Positions 46,486 to 56,009 of a stretch of DNA of 64,000 bases are shown here, piece after piece. The DNA is from an uncultured Verrucomicrobiota bacterium (GTDB lineage Bacteria > Verrucomicrobiota > Kiritimatiellia > CAIQIC01 > Lenti-01), in assembly GCA_964399775.1 (NCBI GenBank), contig CAYNSH010000007.1, forward strand, positions 788 through 64,787, given 5' to 3'. How positions within the stretch are numbered: the stretch's first letter is position 1; each line of letters begins with the position of its first letter. The notes below the pieces were generated by a model. It was not told where the DNA came from, did no database searches, and worked only from the letters and a program-made list of their open reading frames with translations. Both the position numbers and the translations under genes were made by a program.

Positions 46486-47872
46486 AGCCCGCATCCGCGA
46501 CCGCCTGGCCGCGGATGGTGCCCCCGGCCTCGTCATCGAGTCGTTTCTGCGGAACGCAAACCGGTGGATGACCCTAGGCCGCTCGGGCACGGTCTCCGGT
46601 GGCTCGCTGGCCGAACTCGGCCCCCTGCCCCGCCTGGAAGATCTGGACGATACCCTTGCCGCCCGGGAGGCCCTTCCGCATACGGTCATCATCAAGCTCA
46701 ACGGCGGGCTCGGTACCAGCATGGGCTTGGAACAGGCCAAGTCGCTGATGGTCGCCAAGAACGGCCTGAGCTTCCTGGACATCATCGTTCATCAAATCCA
46801 GTTTCTGCGCCGCCACGACTCCGCGGCACTCCCTCTGTTGCTGATGAACAGCTTCTCCACCGACGCCGATACCTTGTCCGCGCTCGAGTCCCGCCATCCC
46901 GGCTTTGTCAATCCCGACGGACTCCCCCTGTCCTTCTTGCAGCATCGGGTGCCGAAGTTGGACGCTTCCACCGGAGAACCCGTTCTTTGGCCGGCCGAGC
47001 CCGCACGGGAGTGGTGCCCGCCCGGTCACGCCGACATCTACCACGTGCTGCAGACCACGGGGCTGCTCGACCGCCTCCTGGCCGCCGGCTTTCGCTATGC
47101 CTTCGTTTCCAATGCCGATAACCTCGGAGCGCTTCCCCACCTGGGCATCTTGGGCCACCTGGCCCGCCAGTCGATCCCCTTCCTGATGGAAGTCACGGAC
47201 CGGACCGACAGCGACCGCAAGGGCGGACACCTCGCGCGCGACCGCGCAACGGGTCGCCTGATCCTTCGCGAGTCGGCGCAATGTCCAGAGGACGAGTTGG
47301 AAGACTTCCAGGACATCCACCGTCACCGCTTCTTCAATACCAACAACCTGTGGATCGATCTGGAGGCCCTGCGCACCATGCTGCGCGGCTGCGACGGTCT
47401 GCCGGAATTGCCCCTGATCGTCAATCGCAAGACCGTGGACCCCACGCGTCCCGACTCCCCCGCCGTGGTTCAACTGGAGTCCGCCATGGGCTCGGCCATT
47501 GCCTGCTTTGATCAGTCCGCCGCGCTGGTCGTTCCGCGCACGCGGTTTGCCCCCGTCAAAACCACCGATGACCTGTTGGCCGTGCGGTCGGATCTATACG
47601 TGCTGGGCGATGACTTCCACGTCTCGCTGGATGTTCGCCGTTCCGGCGGCCCCCCCGACATCGTTCTGGATCCACGCTTTTTCAAACACATCGTCGACTT
47701 CGAAACGCGCTTTCCCCATGGACCGCCTTCGCTGCTGGCCTGCGATTCGCTGCGCGTGGAAGGCGATGTGGTCTTTGGAGCCAATGTTTGCATCGAGGGC
47801 GCCGTTCTGGTTCGCAACGACTCCGACCAACCCCTGCGGATCAACGACGGGGCGCGGCTCCTGCCCGCCTGA
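46463..47872 (+). CDS. UDP-sugar pyrophosphorylase, eukaryotic-type UDPGP family (UTP--glucose-1-phosphate uridylyltransferase-like)
   Basis: VIIKLNGGLGTSMG is the hallmark of PF01704 (UDPGP), plus LLLMNSFSTD. 469 aa. Confidence 0.85.
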   Translation: MMAAHGIEARIRDRLAADGAPGLVIESFLRNANRWMTLGRSGTVSGGSLAELGPLPRLEDLDDTLAAREALPHTVIIKLNGGLGTSMGLEQAKSLMVAKNGLSFLDIIVHQIQFLRRHDSAALPLLLMNSFSTDADTLSALESRHPGFVNPDGLPLSFLQHRVPKLDASTGEPVLWPAEPAREWCPPGHADIYHVLQTTGLLDRLLAAGFRYAFVSNADNLGALPHLGILGHLARQSIPFLMEVTDRTDSDRKGGHLARDRATGRLILRESAQCPEDELEDFQDIHRHRFFNTNNLWIDLEALRTMLRGCDGLPELPLIVNRKTVDPTRPDSPAVVQLESAMGSAIACFDQSAALVVPRTRFAPVKTTDDLLAVRSDLYVLGDDFHVSLDVRRSGGPPDIVLDPRFFKHIVDFETRFPHGPPSLLACDSLRVEGDVVFGANVCIEGAVLVRNDSDQPLRINDGARLLPA

Positions 47873-47954
47873 ATTTCCCCAACGGCTCGACCCAGAGGAT
47901 CCGGCCCCGGCGCAGATCTTCCCTCTCCGCATCCCCCGGCCCGAACGGTTTCGG

Positions 47955-48410
47955 TCAGGCCAGGTCTTCAAACACCACGTAGTCCGATGCCTCCATGCCG
48001 AGGTTGCGATAGACCTCCTGCGCGCGCGTATTGCCTTTCTGGACGTAGAGGCGGAACCCGCACACATGGCCGGCCTGCGAGGCCATCTCGCGCACCTTGG
48101 CGTACAGCGCGCTGTAGACGCCATGGCCACGGTGCTCCGGCCGGACATACACACTTTGAATCCACCAGAACATCCGGTTGCGCCAGTCGCTCCATTCGTA
48201 GGTGATCAACAGGCCGCCCGCCAGCACGCCATCGATTTCCGCCACCAGGTAGAAGCCCCGTTCCGGATGCCCCATCAACGCCTGAACGCCGGCCGCCACG
48301 GTTTGCTCGTTCAGGGCCAATCCCTCGGTTTCCATCGCCAGCGAACGGTTGAACGCCGCAATCCGCCCGCACTCCGCCGCCGTCGCCTGCCGCACCTTGA
48401 TATCGCTCAT
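47955..48410 (-). CDS. GNAT-family N-acetyltransferase
   Basis: 151 aa, acetyl-CoA-binding motif RGHGVYSALY. Confidence 0.85.
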   Translation of the reverse strand: MSDIKVRQATAAECGRIAAFNRSLAMETEGLALNEQTVAAGVQALMGHPERGFYLVAEIDGVLAGGLLITYEWSDWRNRMFWWIQSVYVRPEHRGHGVYSALYAKVREMASQAGHVCGFRLYVQKGNTRAQEVYRNLGMEASDYVVFEDLA

Positions 48411-48491
48411 GCTCTGCCTCCCACGTCCTTATCGCAGGTCCGGCCCCCAAGCGCAAGACGATCCTGAAGCCGCTGGTCAGCCGGCCGCTGG

Positions 48492-49514
48492 TCAGGCCCG
48501 GTGGGGCCGCTTGGCCCAGAGGACCACGCCCACCAACAGCAAGGCGCGGACATGCATGCTCCAGGGCATGCCCTCTTCGCAATGCGCATGGTCGACCACC
48601 GCGCGAATGCCGGTCGGCAGCCAGCCTGCCGGCACCAGCGCATCCACCAGCAGCCCGAATCCGATGGCACAGGCAATCAGCACCGTCACATACACCACCG
48701 TGCTGCGCAACCCCATCAAACGCCACACGGCCAGAAGCGTAGAGGCGCTGACTCCGGGACCTCCCACCAGGAAGGCCATGGCGGCGCCCGGAGAAATCCC
48801 CGCCGCCAGCAGCCCCAGCGCAAAGGGGACCGCCGCAGTGGAACAAATGTACACGGGGATGGCGAACAGCAGGGTCAGCACCATTTGTACCAGGGGGCTG
48901 GAGATGTGCTGGGCCACAAAGTTCTCCGGCACCAGGGTCATGACCAAGGCCGAGACCACGGCGCCAAAGATCAGCGCACCGCCAACCGATCGGGGCAGGA
49001 CGATAAATCCGTTGTGCAGCATGCGCCTCCACCATGGGCGGCCGTTCCCCTCGATCTCCGGCTCGCCATCTTCGGTGCGCCCCGGAAGATCCCGATCAAA
49101 CGCATCGACCGCCAGCCCGCAAGCCAAGCCGGACACCAGCGCCGCCAGGGGCCGAAGCACCGCGAAAAGCCATCCCATCATTCCGTAAGTCACCGCGATG
49201 CTGTCCACCCCGGTCTGTGGCGTGCTCATCAGAAAAGCCGACGTGGCCCCCTTGCCCGCCCCGTGCTTGCGGAGCGACGCCCCGAGCGGGATCACACCGC
49301 AAGAGCAGACCGGCAACGGAATGCCCAGGGCCACTGCTTTGAAAATCGCCCCCCAACGGCCCCGTCCAAAGTGATCGCGCACCACTCGCGCGTTCAGCCA
49401 AAGGGACAAGGCCCCGGCCACCAGGAAGCCGCCCAGCACCCATGGCGCCATTTCTCCCAGAACCGCCCACGCATGTCGCGCCACGGCCCATGTGGTTTCA
49501 AGTATCGTATTCAT
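48492..49514 (-). CDS. Permease of the DUF318/ArsP-like family
   Basis: GIPLPVCSCGVIPL motif, ~8 TM. Confidence 0.6.
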   Translation of the reverse strand: MNTILETTWAVARHAWAVLGEMAPWVLGGFLVAGALSLWLNARVVRDHFGRGRWGAIFKAVALGIPLPVCSCGVIPLGASLRKHGAGKGATSAFLMSTPQTGVDSIAVTYGMMGWLFAVLRPLAALVSGLACGLAVDAFDRDLPGRTEDGEPEIEGNGRPWWRRMLHNGFIVLPRSVGGALIFGAVVSALVMTLVPENFVAQHISSPLVQMVLTLLFAIPVYICSTAAVPFALGLLAAGISPGAAMAFLVGGPGVSASTLLAVWRLMGLRSTVVYVTVLIACAIGFGLLVDALVPAGWLPTGIRAVVDHAHCEEGMPWSMHVRALLLVGVVLWAKRPHRA

Positions 49515-49683
49515 GTCGGTCTACCCTATCCCCTCCGGGCCCCATCCGCCAGTTGAAGTCCGAATCATTCAGGATTGCCTTTTGAACGCGGATGGCCTAC
49601 AGGAGCCCAAAGGTGTCGGAGTGGATGTCGATGGCGGCCGGCTCAATCGAACCCCGCCAACTGGAAATGGAAATCGTCAGGTC

Positions 49684-51507
49684 ATGATCTTCACGGTGTT
49701 CAATGTATTGGGCGGGCTGGGCCTGTTCATCTATGGCATGCATCTCATGACCGAAAGCCTTCGGGCCGCCGCCGGCCACTCGCTGCGCTCGATTCTCACC
49801 CGCGCCACCCGGAGTCGACTGCATGGCGCAACCCTCGGTATCGCCACCGGCTTTGTCGCGCATTCCGCCGCCGCCATTGCCATGCTGGCCGGTTTTGTAA
49901 ACGCCGGCGTCATGACCCTCGGACAGGCCATGGCGCCGATCTTCGGCGCCAACGTCGGCACCAGCCTCTCCATGCAACTGATTTCCTTCAACATCGCAAG
50001 CTACGGCTGGGCCGCCATTGGCGTCGGTTTTCTCGCCAAATCCCTGCTCCCCTCGCCCCGCTGGAGCCGACTGGGAGATGCGCTGATGGGATTCGGCCTG
50101 CTGTTCCTGGGGATGGAGACCATCTCTGCGGGCATCGCCCCGCACCGCGAAGCCTTGGCCCCCCTTCTGGCGCACCTGCAGGGCGAAACCTGGGGCTGGC
50201 GGCTGGCCGGCGTGGGCATCTCCGCCCTGCTTACGGCGGTCCTCACCTCCTCCGGCGCCATGATCGGCTTGTGCTTTGCCCTCATCAAGGCCGGCGTGTT
50301 CACCCGATTCGATCAAGTCGCGGTGGTGGTTCTCGGGGCCCACATCGGCACCTGCATCGTGCCGGTTCTGGCATCGCTACCCATGCAGATCGGCGCCCGG
50401 CGGGTCGCCATCGGCCACGTCTTGTTCAATGGGCTCAACGTTGCCTTGGTCCTCGTCGCCTGGCCCTGGTTCGCCCGGCTGTGCGAAGCCTCCGCCCCCG
50501 GGAATCTGCTGCGACAAACCGCCAACCTGCACACCTTCGCCATGGTCGCCGCAACCCTGTTGCTGCTGCCCGTCACCGGTCTCTTTCGGCGGATCGTCGT
50601 CGGGTTGTACCGCCCCCACGCACCCGACCCCACGCCTTCGTTCCTCGAACCCCGCCTGTTGGCCCATCCCGAACAGGCGCTCGCCGCCGTCATCTGCGAA
50701 CTGCGCCGCATGGCGAACATCTGCGTGGACAGCATGATGCTCAACGGCGAGCTCATCCTGGATCCCCATCGCAAAACCTATCGCCGCCTCCTGGCCAACG
50801 AAGCCGCCCTCAATCAGGTCCGGGAATCCATGACCGATTTTCTCGGCCGTCTCACTCGTGGCTATCTGTCACGACGCCAGACTCTGTTCCTGCAACATCT
50901 CGACCGCTGCATGAAAGATCTCGAGCGCATTGGCGACCATCTCGTTCACATCGGCGATACCTCCATGGAACGCTTTCGGGTGGCCGACGCCCTCTTGCCC
51001 GAAGACCTGTTCCGGTCGTGGTTCCACCTGTTCTGCAGTGCCAAGCAGGTCCTGGTTCTCATGACCCAATCGTTCGACCCCGACAATCGTTCCTTCCAGA
51101 CCACCGCCCTCCACATCTTGCGCGCCCGCGATCGCTACATGATTGAATCCATGGATCTGCTGGCCGATTTGTCCGGCGCCACCCGCGACAAAATCATCAC
51201 CCCCATCGGGGGGTACTATCTCAACCGCTATCTCGCCGACCTCGACCGCCTGGTCCGCCGGGCCAAAACCATCGCACTGGCCGAGCGACAGCCCGACTTC
51301 CGCGTCAAAGCGTCAAAACTGGAACGCCAATCCAAGCCTCCCTTGCACTACGAAATCCCTCAACGCGTGGATCCCCGCGAATATCTTGAACGGCTCCAAC
51401 GCGAGCCCCTTGACGACGATCTCGATCTGCCCGAACACGAGGTTGATTCCATTCCCGCGCAGTCGCCTCATCAAGCCCCGCCGGATGAGCCCCCGACCAC
51501 ACCCTGA
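49684..51507 (+). CDS. Na/Pi-cotransporter family protein with C-terminal PhoU-like domain
   Basis: MIFTVFNVLGGLGLFIYGMHLMTESL. Duplicated NptA-type repeats. Start at M65 of ORF 49492..51507. Confidence 0.8.
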   Translation: MIFTVFNVLGGLGLFIYGMHLMTESLRAAAGHSLRSILTRATRSRLHGATLGIATGFVAHSAAAIAMLAGFVNAGVMTLGQAMAPIFGANVGTSLSMQLISFNIASYGWAAIGVGFLAKSLLPSPRWSRLGDALMGFGLLFLGMETISAGIAPHREALAPLLAHLQGETWGWRLAGVGISALLTAVLTSSGAMIGLCFALIKAGVFTRFDQVAVVVLGAHIGTCIVPVLASLPMQIGARRVAIGHVLFNGLNVALVLVAWPWFARLCEASAPGNLLRQTANLHTFAMVAATLLLLPVTGLFRRIVVGLYRPHAPDPTPSFLEPRLLAHPEQALAAVICELRRMANICVDSMMLNGELILDPHRKTYRRLLANEAALNQVRESMTDFLGRLTRGYLSRRQTLFLQHLDRCMKDLERIGDHLVHIGDTSMERFRVADALLPEDLFRSWFHLFCSAKQVLVLMTQSFDPDNRSFQTTALHILRARDRYMIESMDLLADLSGATRDKIITPIGGYYLNRYLADLDRLVRRAKTIALAERQPDFRVKASKLERQSKPPLHYEIPQRVDPREYLERLQREPLDDDLDLPEHEVDSIPAQSPHQAPPDEPPTTP

Positions 51508-51644
51508 GCCTGCCGCCGTCTGTGGAGCCGGGACGCCCCCGTCCCGCAAACGTCGCCCCTCCCGCAGAAGTTCCAAAGGCCCGCCATGCCGACCGGCGAT
51601 GCCTTCGCACTGGCACCCCCCCGACCATTTGCTATAGTCCGTCC

Positions 51645-52424
51645 GTGCATCCGATCCTGTTCAACCTCTTTGGCAAGGAGATCTATACCTATGGCGTGAT
51701 GGCCGCCCTCGGCTTCCTGGCCGCCATCCTGACTTGGACATGGCTGGGTCGACAGGAGAACCGCCCCGAGGGGTTCGCCGCCGATCTCGGATTCTGGCTC
51801 ATGACCAGTGGCATCATCGGCTCGCGCATCGCCTATGTCATCGCCAACTGGTCCCACTACCGACAAGCCCCCGCCGAGATCATTCGCATCGATCAGGGCG
51901 GCCTCGTGTTCTACGGCGGCTTGATCCTGGCCTCCGGCGCTCTGGCATGGTTCGCCCGCCGCCACCGCTTGCCGTTGTGGCATGTCGCCGATTTCGCCAT
52001 TCCCGGCCTGGCCATCGGACATGCCCTCGGCCGCATCGGCTGTTTTTTCAATGGGTGCTGCTATGGACGCCCCGTGGAATGCTCGGTCTGCGAAGCCTGT
52101 TGCAGCGTCATCTATCCGGCCGTCAGCGAGCCCGGCCGCCTGTTCCCCGGCACGCGGCTCTATTCCGTCCAACTGTTCGAAGCCGCCGGCCTGTTGGTTA
52201 TCTGGCTCATTCTTGTGTGGATCTATCCGCGCCGGAGGAAAGACGGCGCCGTTTTCGCGCTGTATCTCCTCCTCTATCCCCCCTGCCGGTTCCTGCTTGA
52301 ATTCATCCGCGGCGATGCCCGCCTCTCCTGGGTCGCCCTGAACTCCGCCCAGGTCGTCTCGCTCGCCCTCCTCGCCATCGGCATTCTCCTCTGGCGCCTG
52401 CTCTCTAACAAGCGCACGGCATAG
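51645..52424 (+). CDS. lgt: Prolipoprotein diacylglyceryl transferase
   Basis: ...HPILFNLFGKEIYTYGVMAALGFLAA..., GSRIAYVIANW, GRIGCFFNGCCYG motifs. Probable GTG start at 51645 (V42 of ORF 51522..52424); the upstream ATG at 51522 is also possible. Confidence 0.8.
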   Translation: MHPILFNLFGKEIYTYGVMAALGFLAAILTWTWLGRQENRPEGFAADLGFWLMTSGIIGSRIAYVIANWSHYRQAPAEIIRIDQGGLVFYGGLILASGALAWFARRHRLPLWHVADFAIPGLAIGHALGRIGCFFNGCCYGRPVECSVCEACCSVIYPAVSEPGRLFPGTRLYSVQLFEAAGLLVIWLILVWIYPRRRKDGAVFALYLLLYPPCRFLLEFIRGDARLSWVALNSAQVVSLALLAIGILLWRLLSNKRTA

Positions 52425-52502
52425 GGAAAGCTCACGGCCGCCGTCGGCGGCGGTGCGGATGGTTCGAACGGACCGCGAACCGCTCTGCCTTGATTGACCC
52501 GA

Positions 52503-52967
52503 CTAAAGGGCCACTTCTCTCAAGAACGCGGCTAACGACGTGTTGAATGTGCGAATGGAATCTTTAATCCTGGCGAGGGTGACGCCGCCTTCAAGGTCGA
52601 CGTCCATCTCCAAGACCGGATCTCCGTCGTTGTCGAGATAAGCCTTGGAAAACGTCATGCTTCTGTTCCACTCGTTGACATCCCGCAAGGTGAACTTCGT
52701 TCCACCAACCGCAAAACGGTATTTGATCTGTTGGTAGTTGTTGCCCCGGACAAAAATGATGATTCGATAGCCTTGCATCCGGACGATTAAATCGTCATCG
52801 CCATCGATTTCGACATTGGGAAAGCCCTCCATCTCCACCAATGATTTCATTTGCGCCGAAGAGATTCTTTCCACGACCCGCTGATCTTGTGCAAAGGTGG
52901 CGGATGCGAATGTCATCACAAGCAGGCAAGCCGCAAGACAGGAAGAGGTCAAGGATCTGATATTCAT
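52503..52967 (-). CDS. Secreted YbjN-domain-like protein
   Basis: Signal peptide MNIRSLTSSCLAACLLVMTFASATFA. YbjN-like core. Confidence 0.45.
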   Translation of the reverse strand: MNIRSLTSSCLAACLLVMTFASATFAQDQRVVERISSAQMKSLVEMEGFPNVEIDGDDDLIVRMQGYRIIIFVRGNNYQQIKYRFAVGGTKFTLRDVNEWNRSMTFSKAYLDNDGDPVLEMDVDLEGGVTLARIKDSIRTFNTSLAAFLREVAL

Positions 52968-53100
52968 GGCGATGCTCCTACGGATTAAAGGGTGAAGGGT
53001 CAACCGTTGATAGATATATTGCAACTCTCTTCGGGTGGAAAGACAATTTCCGCATCAAGACCTTTTGCATTTTCCCGATTCTACAGTAGCCTACTGGACC

Positions 53101-54249
53101 ATGCACAAAAAAATCGTCATCATCGGCAGTGGATTCGCCGGCCGCCAGGCTTGTAAGGCGTTGCGCCACATGGCGTCGGATGTTTTGGTGCTGGACCCCA
53201 GTCCGGTGACGACAATGCTCCCGGCCCTTCCCGACTTGGCCGGCGGATGGATTGAGGAACGGCTGGTCCAGCATCCCATGGCCACCCATGTCCCCCGGAA
53301 TATCCAGTGGATCCAGCAATCCGTTTCATCCATCGACCTGGATGCCGGTGTGGTCGTGGCGAATGGCCAGGAATGGTGCTATGAGGTTCTGCTCATCACC
53401 CCGGGATCCGTGCCCAATTTCTATTCAACGCCGTTCCCTCGTGACCGGATGTATGGCCTCGGATCTGTGGCGGATGCATTGCGCATTCGAGAGAACTTTA
53501 CCCAATACCTGCAGCGCGCCCCATTTCCCCACGTCGTCGTTTCCGGAACCGGGTATACCGGCCTGGAATTGGCCATGAGCTTGCTCTTCCGAGCCCAAGC
53601 GGAAGGACGGAAATGCGCCGTCACGATTGTCGATCCAACACCAATTTTGCTGCCTTCGCTCCCGGATCGCCAGCGCCAATTTGTGTTGAGTTTCCTGACA
53701 TCGGCGGGGGCAGAAGTCCGCATGGGGGTGGCGGTGGAGTCCTTCGATGGTCGTGATGCCGTCATCGGAGGCACCACCTGCAAGGATGTGTTTTTCTGCT
53801 GGGCCGCGGGGTCCAAGCTGGCTATTGAGGATATTCGAGGAAGCGTCCCCCGGCTGCGGGATGGTCGATTGAAGGTTCAACCCGACCTTTCCCTGCCGGG
53901 ATATGCCAACGTGTTTGCCGCCGGGGATGCCGCGGCCATCGAATACCGCGGCGCCCCCTTGAGAAAAGCCGTCAATTTTGCTTACTACGGGGGACAGCAT
54001 GCCGGTCGCAATATGGCACGACTGCTGGACGGCCATCCAACCCGCCCCTTTCGCCCCGTGGATCTGGGCTGGATTGTCCCCTTCCATTCCACCAGCATCG
54101 GCCGCCTTCCCGGTGGGATATGGATCCGTGGCCGGATCGGTGTTCGCCTGCATCACCTCATGTGCGGGCTGCGGAATTATTCTCTCGCCAATTTTGCCGG
54201 TTGCCTTCAACTGGCTCTCAACCCCTACAAAAATGGAGCACATTCATGA
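53101..54249 (+). CDS. Type-II NADH dehydrogenase-like FAD/NAD(P)-binding oxidoreductase (NDH-2 family)
   Basis: MHKKIVIIGSGFAGRQA (GxGxxG), second dinucleotide fold VVSGTGYTGLELA. Confidence 0.8.
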   Translation: MHKKIVIIGSGFAGRQACKALRHMASDVLVLDPSPVTTMLPALPDLAGGWIEERLVQHPMATHVPRNIQWIQQSVSSIDLDAGVVVANGQEWCYEVLLITPGSVPNFYSTPFPRDRMYGLGSVADALRIRENFTQYLQRAPFPHVVVSGTGYTGLELAMSLLFRAQAEGRKCAVTIVDPTPILLPSLPDRQRQFVLSFLTSAGAEVRMGVAVESFDGRDAVIGGTTCKDVFFCWAAGSKLAIEDIRGSVPRLRDGRLKVQPDLSLPGYANVFAAGDAAAIEYRGAPLRKAVNFAYYGGQHAGRNMARLLDGHPTRPFRPVDLGWIVPFHSTSIGRLPGGIWIRGRIGVRLHHLMCGLRNYSLANFAGCLQLALNPYKNGAHS

Positions 54250-54653
54250 ACCTGAAAAAATACCTGTTCAGCGCGGATTCCGATGCCAACCCCGGCCTCC
54301 TCATCCTGCGCGTCTTCATCGGCCTGGGCCTCCTGACCCACGGCTGGGGCAAACTGTTCGGCGGATTGGGCGGCTTTATCGAGAATGTCGGCAAGATGGG
54401 CTTCCCGCTCCCTGCTCTGCTGGGATTCCTCGCCGCTTTTGCCGAAAGCATTGGCGCGATCCTGCTGGCGATCGGCTTGCTGACTCGGCCCGCCGCCTTC
54501 CTGATCGCGGCCACCATGGCGGGTGCGGCCCTTAAGGTCCACGCGGGACAGGGGTTCTCTGGCCAGGAAATGGCTTGGCTCTATTTCTTTCCCGCGCTGT
54601 TCTTCCTCCTGAAGGGCGGCGGGAAGTGGTCCGTCGACCGACTGATTGGCTGA
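54246..54653 (+). CDS. DoxX-family membrane protein
   Basis: LLILRVFIGLGLLTHGWGKLFG... Start overlaps the upstream stop (ATGA). Confidence 0.8.
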   Translation: MNLKKYLFSADSDANPGLLILRVFIGLGLLTHGWGKLFGGLGGFIENVGKMGFPLPALLGFLAAFAESIGAILLAIGLLTRPAAFLIAATMAGAALKVHAGQGFSGQEMAWLYFFPALFFLLKGGGKWSVDRLIG

Positions 54654-54823
54654 GAATGCCCTACAGACCCCCACGGGTTTATCCCGTGGGTGAATCAGTT
54701 CGGCGTCAACACCGAAGAAGCAACCCTTATCCCGACCCCTCGTTCCCGACCCCTCGTAAGACGCGAACGCCCCCTTTCCGGATCGACTCTTCCGGGAGGT
54801 CGGCGACGCCGATCGATTCCCCT

Positions 54824-55996
54824 TCAGTGAGCGGCAATCCAGGGAATGGCGACAAAGGTCCCGATGCTGCTGCCGATATTGGCAAACACCACCACGAGCA
54901 GGATCCGCACCACCGGATTCAGAAAGAACCCCTTGACGCTCTCCATCGCCTCGGGAAGCTGTTCAAAGTCGCCCACCGATGGGGGCCGGGCCCACGCCTG
55001 AACCAATCCCGCCACCCAACCCGCCGCAATCGTGGGATTCAGGCTCGTGATCGGCGCCGCCACGAAAGCCGACAAGGTCGCCAGCGGGTGGGCCAGCGCC
55101 AGCGCCGCGCCCAGGGCGGAAAGGACTCCGTTCACGCCGACCCAGATCAGAATCGAGTCCACCCCGCGCTGCGTGCCGCCCTGCATGAACCCCCAGGCAA
55201 TCAACCCCACCACCACAGCCGGAATCAACCACGGCCAGATCCGTGACCATCGTGACGGCGGCGGCAGGCTCTCCAGTTCCGCCAACGAATGCTCCGCGCG
55301 GATCGACTTCAGCATTCCCAACACATGCCCGGCCCCCACCACGGCCACGATCCGCTCGCCTGGCGCCATCCGCAGCTTCTGGGCCAGGTAGACATCGCGT
55401 TCGTCGATCAGCCGCTTCTTGATTTCCGGAAAGGCCTTGCCCATCTCGCCCATCAGCGCTTCCAACTGATCCTGCTGTTTCAGCGCCTCGATGTCCACGC
55501 CCCCGATCTCCTCCGACGAGAACAAGGCGCCCAGCATGGTGCCAAACAGCTTCAGCCGCTGCCAGAAGCCCAGATGCCGCCAGACCCGCTTGAGCGTGAT
55601 GTCGATGCGCCGGTCAATCAACTCCAGTCGCGCGCCGGTTTCCTTGGCGCAGGCCACGCCCGCCATCATCTCCGCCCCCGGCTCGACCTCCAGTTGCTTG
55701 CCCAGGCGACGGTAAAACGACTGCATCGCCAGTTGCGCCAGCAGGAAGGTGGCCTTGCCCTCCTTGACCACCCGGAACAGGTTGGTCTCCTGCCAAGCCG
55801 TCTTCTTCACCATCCCCTGATATCGGGGCTCGCAGAGTTCGATGGCAATTGTATCCGGACGGACCGCCGTCACCGTATCACGCACATCCTGCACGCTCTG
55901 GGCGGACACATGGGCGGTGCCCACGATGTAAAGGATTTTGCCCTCCAACGCCACCCGGGTGGCACTGGAGGGCAACGCGAGGGCCTCTTCCGGCAT
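54824..55996 (-). CDS. TraB/GumN-family protein
   Basis: ILYIVGTAHVSAQSVQDV, ELCEPR, C-terminal membrane segments. Confidence 0.75.
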   Translation of the reverse strand: MPEEALALPSSATRVALEGKILYIVGTAHVSAQSVQDVRDTVTAVRPDTIAIELCEPRYQGMVKKTAWQETNLFRVVKEGKATFLLAQLAMQSFYRRLGKQLEVEPGAEMMAGVACAKETGARLELIDRRIDITLKRVWRHLGFWQRLKLFGTMLGALFSSEEIGGVDIEALKQQDQLEALMGEMGKAFPEIKKRLIDERDVYLAQKLRMAPGERIVAVVGAGHVLGMLKSIRAEHSLAELESLPPPSRWSRIWPWLIPAVVVGLIAWGFMQGGTQRGVDSILIWVGVNGVLSALGAALALAHPLATLSAFVAAPITSLNPTIAAGWVAGLVQAWARPPSVGDFEQLPEAMESVKGFFLNPVVRILLVVVFANIGSSIGTFVAIPWIAAH

Positions 55997-56009
55997 GGAT
56001 CGGGCCGTC

